A stretch of 64,000 nucleotides of DNA from Auanema rhodensis (taxonomy: Eukaryota > Animalia > Nematoda). Numbering within the stretch: position 1 is the stretch's first letter; every line of letters starts with the position of its first letter. The stretch spans positions 12,896,001-12,960,000 of the forward strand of contig OZ059895.1 in the NCBI GenBank assembly GCA_964057225.1, written 5' to 3'. This document shows, in pieces, positions 59,349 to 64,000 of the stretch. The position numbers were made by a program, and so were the translations under genes. The notes beneath the pieces are model-generated. The model worked only from the letters and a program-made list of their open reading frames with translations, had not been told where the DNA came from and searched no databases.

Positions 59349-59701
59349 TTTCAAATTTTTTTAACGATCATACCACGTTGAAAGTACGCAATGCAGCTGA
59401 TTTTCAATTTTATCTCTTCCGTAACAAATGTTTTTAATTTTCCAGCAGTTTTACTTAGATAGCTCAACCCAAGGCATCAAAATATCTTCAATCTTATTTC
59501 TATATTACAGTTATAAACCAGTAGTTTATGAACCTTCATCTTAACTTTACTGTTTCTATCTATTTCCTATTGAAACAAACATTGTTTAAACACTATACAA
59601 CTGTGAAACCTTTTTTAATTTATTGTATTTGGATCTCATAAGATTTGATATCATCGAGGGATTTAGATGTAACGTAGAAAATTACATAACTAACATGAAA
59701 T

Positions 59702-60087
59702 TGTTCCATACATAACTTATAGAGAAGGCGGTTGACTACGTCAACCGACTTTAGTTTAATCAAATAAAATAAGAAACTAGAATTCGAAAGCTTTTTAGAA
59801 AAGATTCCACGAAATAAGGTGGAACGTAATTCTTTTTATACAAATTCATTCACTTTTTACATTCTATAGTTTGCTATATAAACCCGTAGAAAACACACTA
59901 AGGGAGATCTTCTATCATGTAGTTTTAGACTTTAACTTTACTTGTTTGTAGTTTATAACATTTCCTATTGTAGTTTTCTCTATATAATAAAACGGTTGCT
60001 AATTTAACTACTTGTTGAACAATGAAACCCTTGCACAAAATCCATCTGAAAACCCTAGTCGGAACCCTAGGGCAATCAAATGGAACG
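59702..60087 (+). mobile_element. Solo LTR type B in the 5S spacer, TSD AAAT (or GAAAT if the terminal G is flank)
   Basis: ...CATGAAAT|TGTTCC...GGAACG|AAATTGG. Confidence 0.93.
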
Positions 60088-60620
60088 AAATTGGAAAAAA
60101 AACAATAACGAGGATAAGTATGTAAATCATTGAATATCAGGTATTTTCGCTTACGACCATACCACGTTGAAAGTACGCCATCCCGTCCGATCTGGCAAGT
60201 CAAGCAACGTTGGGCCCGGTTAGTACTTGGATCGGAGACGGCTTGGGAATCCCGGGTGCCGTAAGCTTTTCAAATTTTTTTAACGATCATACCACGTTGA
60301 AAGTACGCAATGCAGCTGATTTTCAATTTTATCTCTTCCGTAACAAATGTTTTTAATTTTCCAGCAGTTTTACTTAGATAGCTCAACCCAAGGCATCAAA
60401 ATATCTTCAATCTTATTTCTATATTACAGTTATAAACCAGTAGTTTATGAACCTTCATTTTAACTTTACTGTTTCTATCTATTTCCTATTGAAACAAACA
60501 TTGTTTAAACACTATACAACTGTGAAACCTTTTTTAATTTATTGTATTTGGATCTCATAAGATTTGATATCATCGAGGGATTTAGATGTAACGTAGAAAA
60601 TTACATAACTAACATGAAAT

Positions 60621-61006
60621 TGTTCCATACATAACTTATAGAGAAGGCGGTTGACTACGTCAACCGACTTTAGTTTAATCAAATAAAATAAGAAACTAGA
60701 ATTCGAAAGCTTTTTAGAAAAGATTCCACGGAATAAGGTGGAACGTAATTCTTTTTATACAAATTCATTCACTTTTTACATTCTATAGTTTGCTATATAA
60801 ACCCGTAGAAAACACACTAAGGGAGATCTTCTATCATGTAGTTTTAGACTTTAACTTTACTTGTTTGTAGTTTATAACATTTCCTATCGTAGTTTTCTCT
60901 ATATAATAAAACGGTTGCTAATTTAACTACTTGTTGAACAATGAAACCCTTGCACAAAATCCATCTGAAAACCCTAGTCGGAACCCTAGGGCAATCAAAT
61001 GGAACG
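60621..61006 (+). mobile_element. Second solo LTR type B at the same spacer position
   Basis: Same junctions, 919 bp after the previous copy. Confidence 0.93.
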
Positions 61007-64000
61007 AAATTGGAAAAAAAACAATAACGAGGATAAGTATGTAAATCATTGAATATCAGGTATTTTCGCTTACGACCATACCACGTTGAAAGTACGCCAT
61101 CCCGTCCGATCTGGCAAGTCCAGCAACGTTGGGCCCGGTTAGTACTTGGATCGGAGACGGCTTGGGAATCCCGGGTGCCGTAAGCTTTTCAAATTTTTTT
61201 AACGATCATACCACGTTGAAAGTACGCAATGCAGCTGATTTTCAATTTTATCTCTTCCGTAACAAATGTTTTTAATTTTCCAGCAGTTTTACTTAGATAG
61301 CTCAACCCAAGGCATCAAAATATCTTCAATCTTATTTCTATATTACAGTTATAAACCAATAGTTTATGAACCTTCATTTTAACTTTACTGTTTCTATCTA
61401 TTTCCTATTGAAACAAACATTGTTTTAACACTATACAACTGTGAAACCTTTTTTAATTTATTGTATTTGGATCTCATAAGATTTGATATCATCGAGGGAT
61501 TTAGATGTAACGTAGAAAATTACATAACTAACATGAAATTGGAAAAAAAACAATAACGAGGATAAGTATGTAAATCATTGAATATCAGGTATTTTCGCTT
61601 ACGACCATACCACGTTGAAAGTACGCCATCCCGTCCGATCTGGCAAGTCAAGCAACGTTGGGCCCGGTTAGTACTTGGATCGGGGACGGCTTGGGAATCC
61701 CGGGTGCCGTAAGCTTTTCAAATTTTTTTAACGATCATACCACGTTGAAAGTACGCCATGCAGCTGATTTTCAATTTTATCTCTTCAGTAACAAATGTTT
61801 TTAATTTTCCAGCAGTTTTACTTAGATAGCTCAACCCAAGGCATCAAAATATCTTCAATCTTATTTCTATATTACAGTTATAAACCAGTAGTTTATGAAC
61901 CTTCATCTTAACTTTACTGTTTCTATCTATTTCCTATTGAAACAAACATTGTTTTAACACTATACAACTGTGAAACCGGTTTTAATTTGTTGTATTTGGA
62001 GCTCATAAGATTTGATATCATCGAGGAATTTAGATGTAACGTAGAAAATTACATAACTAACATGAAATTGGAAAAAAAAACAATAACGAGGATAAGTATG
62101 TAAATCATTGAATATCAGATTTTTTCGCTTACGACCATACCACGTTGAAAGTACGCCATGCAGCTGATTTTCAATTTTATCTCTTCCGTAACAAATGTTT
62201 TTAATTTTCCAGCAGTTTTACTTAGATAGCTCAACCCAAGGCATCAAAATATCTTCAATCTTATTTCTATATTACAGTTATAAACCAGTAGTTTATGAAC
62301 CTTCATCTTAACTTTACTGTTTCTATCTATTTCCTATTGAAACAAACATTGTTTTAACACTATACAACTGTGAAACCTTTTTTAATTTGTTGTATTTGGA
62401 GCTCATAAGATTTGATATCATCGAGGAATTTAGATGTAACGTAGAAAATTACATAACTAACATGAAATTGGAAAAAAAACAATAACGAGGATAAGTATGT
62501 AAATCATTGAATATCAGATTTTTTCGCTTACGACCATACCACGTTGAAAGTACGCTATGCAGCTGATTTTCAATTTTATCTCTTCCGTAACAAATGTTTT
62601 TAATTTTCCAGCAGTTTTACTTAGATAGCTCAACCCAAGGCATCAAAATATCTTCAATCTTATTTCTATATTACAGTTATAAACCAGTAGTTTATGAACC
62701 TTCATCTTAACTTTACTGTTTCTATCTATTTCCTATTGAAACAAACATTGTTTAAACACTATACAACTGTGAAACCTTTTTTAATTTATTGTATTTGGAT
62801 CTCATAAGATTTGATATCATCGAGGGATTTAGATGTAACGTAGAAAATTACATAACTAACATGAAATTGGAAAAAAACAATAACGAGGATAAGTATGTAA
62901 ATCATTGAATATCAGGTATTTTCGCTTACGACCATACCACGTTGAAAGTACGCCATCCCGTCCGATCTGGCAAGTCAAGCAACGTTGGGCCCGGTTAGTA
63001 CTTGGATCGGGGACGGCTTGGGAATCCCGGGTGCCGTAAGCTTTTCAAATTTTTTTAACGATCATACCACGTTGAAAGTACGCCATGCAGCTGATTTTCA
63101 ATTTTATCTCTTCAGTAACAAATGTTTTTAATTTTCCAGCAGTTTTACTTAGATAGCTCAACCCAAGGCATCAAAATATCTTCAATCTTATTTCTATATT
63201 ACAGTTATAAACCAGTAGTTTATGAACCTTCATCTTAACTTTACTGTTTCTATCTATTTCCTATTGAAACAAACATTGTTTAAACACAATACAACTGTGA
63301 AACCTTTTTTAATTTATTGTATTTGGATCTCATAAGATTTGATATCATCGAGGGATTTAGATGTAACGTAGAAAATTACATAACTAACATGAAATTGGAA
63401 AAAAAACTTTTACTTAGATAGCTCAACCCAAGGCATCAAAATATCTTCAATCTTATTTCTATATTACAGTTATAAACCAGTAGTTTATGAACCTTCATCT
63501 TAACTTTACTGTTTCTATCTATTTCCTATTGAAACAAACATTGTTTAAACACTATACAACTGTGAAACCTTTTTTAATTTATTGTATTTGGATCTCATAA
63601 GATTTGATATCATCGAGGGATTTAGATGTAACGTGGAAAATTACATAACTAACACGAAATTGGAAAAAAAACAATAACGAGGATAAGTATGTAAATCATT
63701 GAATATCAGATTTTTTCGCTTACGACCATACCACGTTTAAAGTACGCCATGCAGCTGATTTTCAATTTTATCTCTTCCGTAACAAATGTTTTTAATTTTC
63801 CAGCAGTTTTACTTAGATAGCTCAACCCAAGGCATCAAAATATCTTCAATCTTATTTCTATATTACAGTTATAAACCAGTATTTTATGAACCTTCATCTT
63901 AACTTTAACCTTCATCTTAACTAACAAATGTTTTTAATTTTCCAGCAGTTTTACTTAGATAGCTCAACCCAAGGCATCAAAATATCTTCAATCTTATTTC
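61007..64000 (+). repeat. 5S rDNA array resumes (full, truncated and rearranged units)
   Basis: Same spacer and unit types as 1-32 kb. Confidence 0.96.

Overview
Eukaryotic DNA, most likely nematode given the 5S sequence and splice signals: a tandem 5S rDNA array. It mixes 529-bp units carrying a full 119-nt 5S gene (about 48 uninterrupted copies by hand count) with 399-bp units that keep only 5S nt 1-33 (about 28), plus a few rearranged units. Between 32.3 and 61.0 kb it is invaded by three kinds of mobile element. (1) A 2.6-kb Mutator/MULE DNA transposon sits inside a 5S gene (8-bp TSD). (2) A 9.9-kb BEL/Pao LTR element on the minus strand sits inside the next 5S gene. It has apparently identical LTRs, a phlebovirus-Gc-like envelope, an extra zinc-knuckle ORF and an antisense three-exon gene. 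(3) An 11.8-kb Ty3/Gypsy element lies just upstream of a 5S gene. It carries a class III (gB/rhabdovirus/chuvirus-like) glycoprotein between gag and pol in one reading frame, two different LTRs and no TSD. Two solo LTRs follow in consecutive units at one site. All calls come from reading the sequence and recognising motifs; no database search was run.
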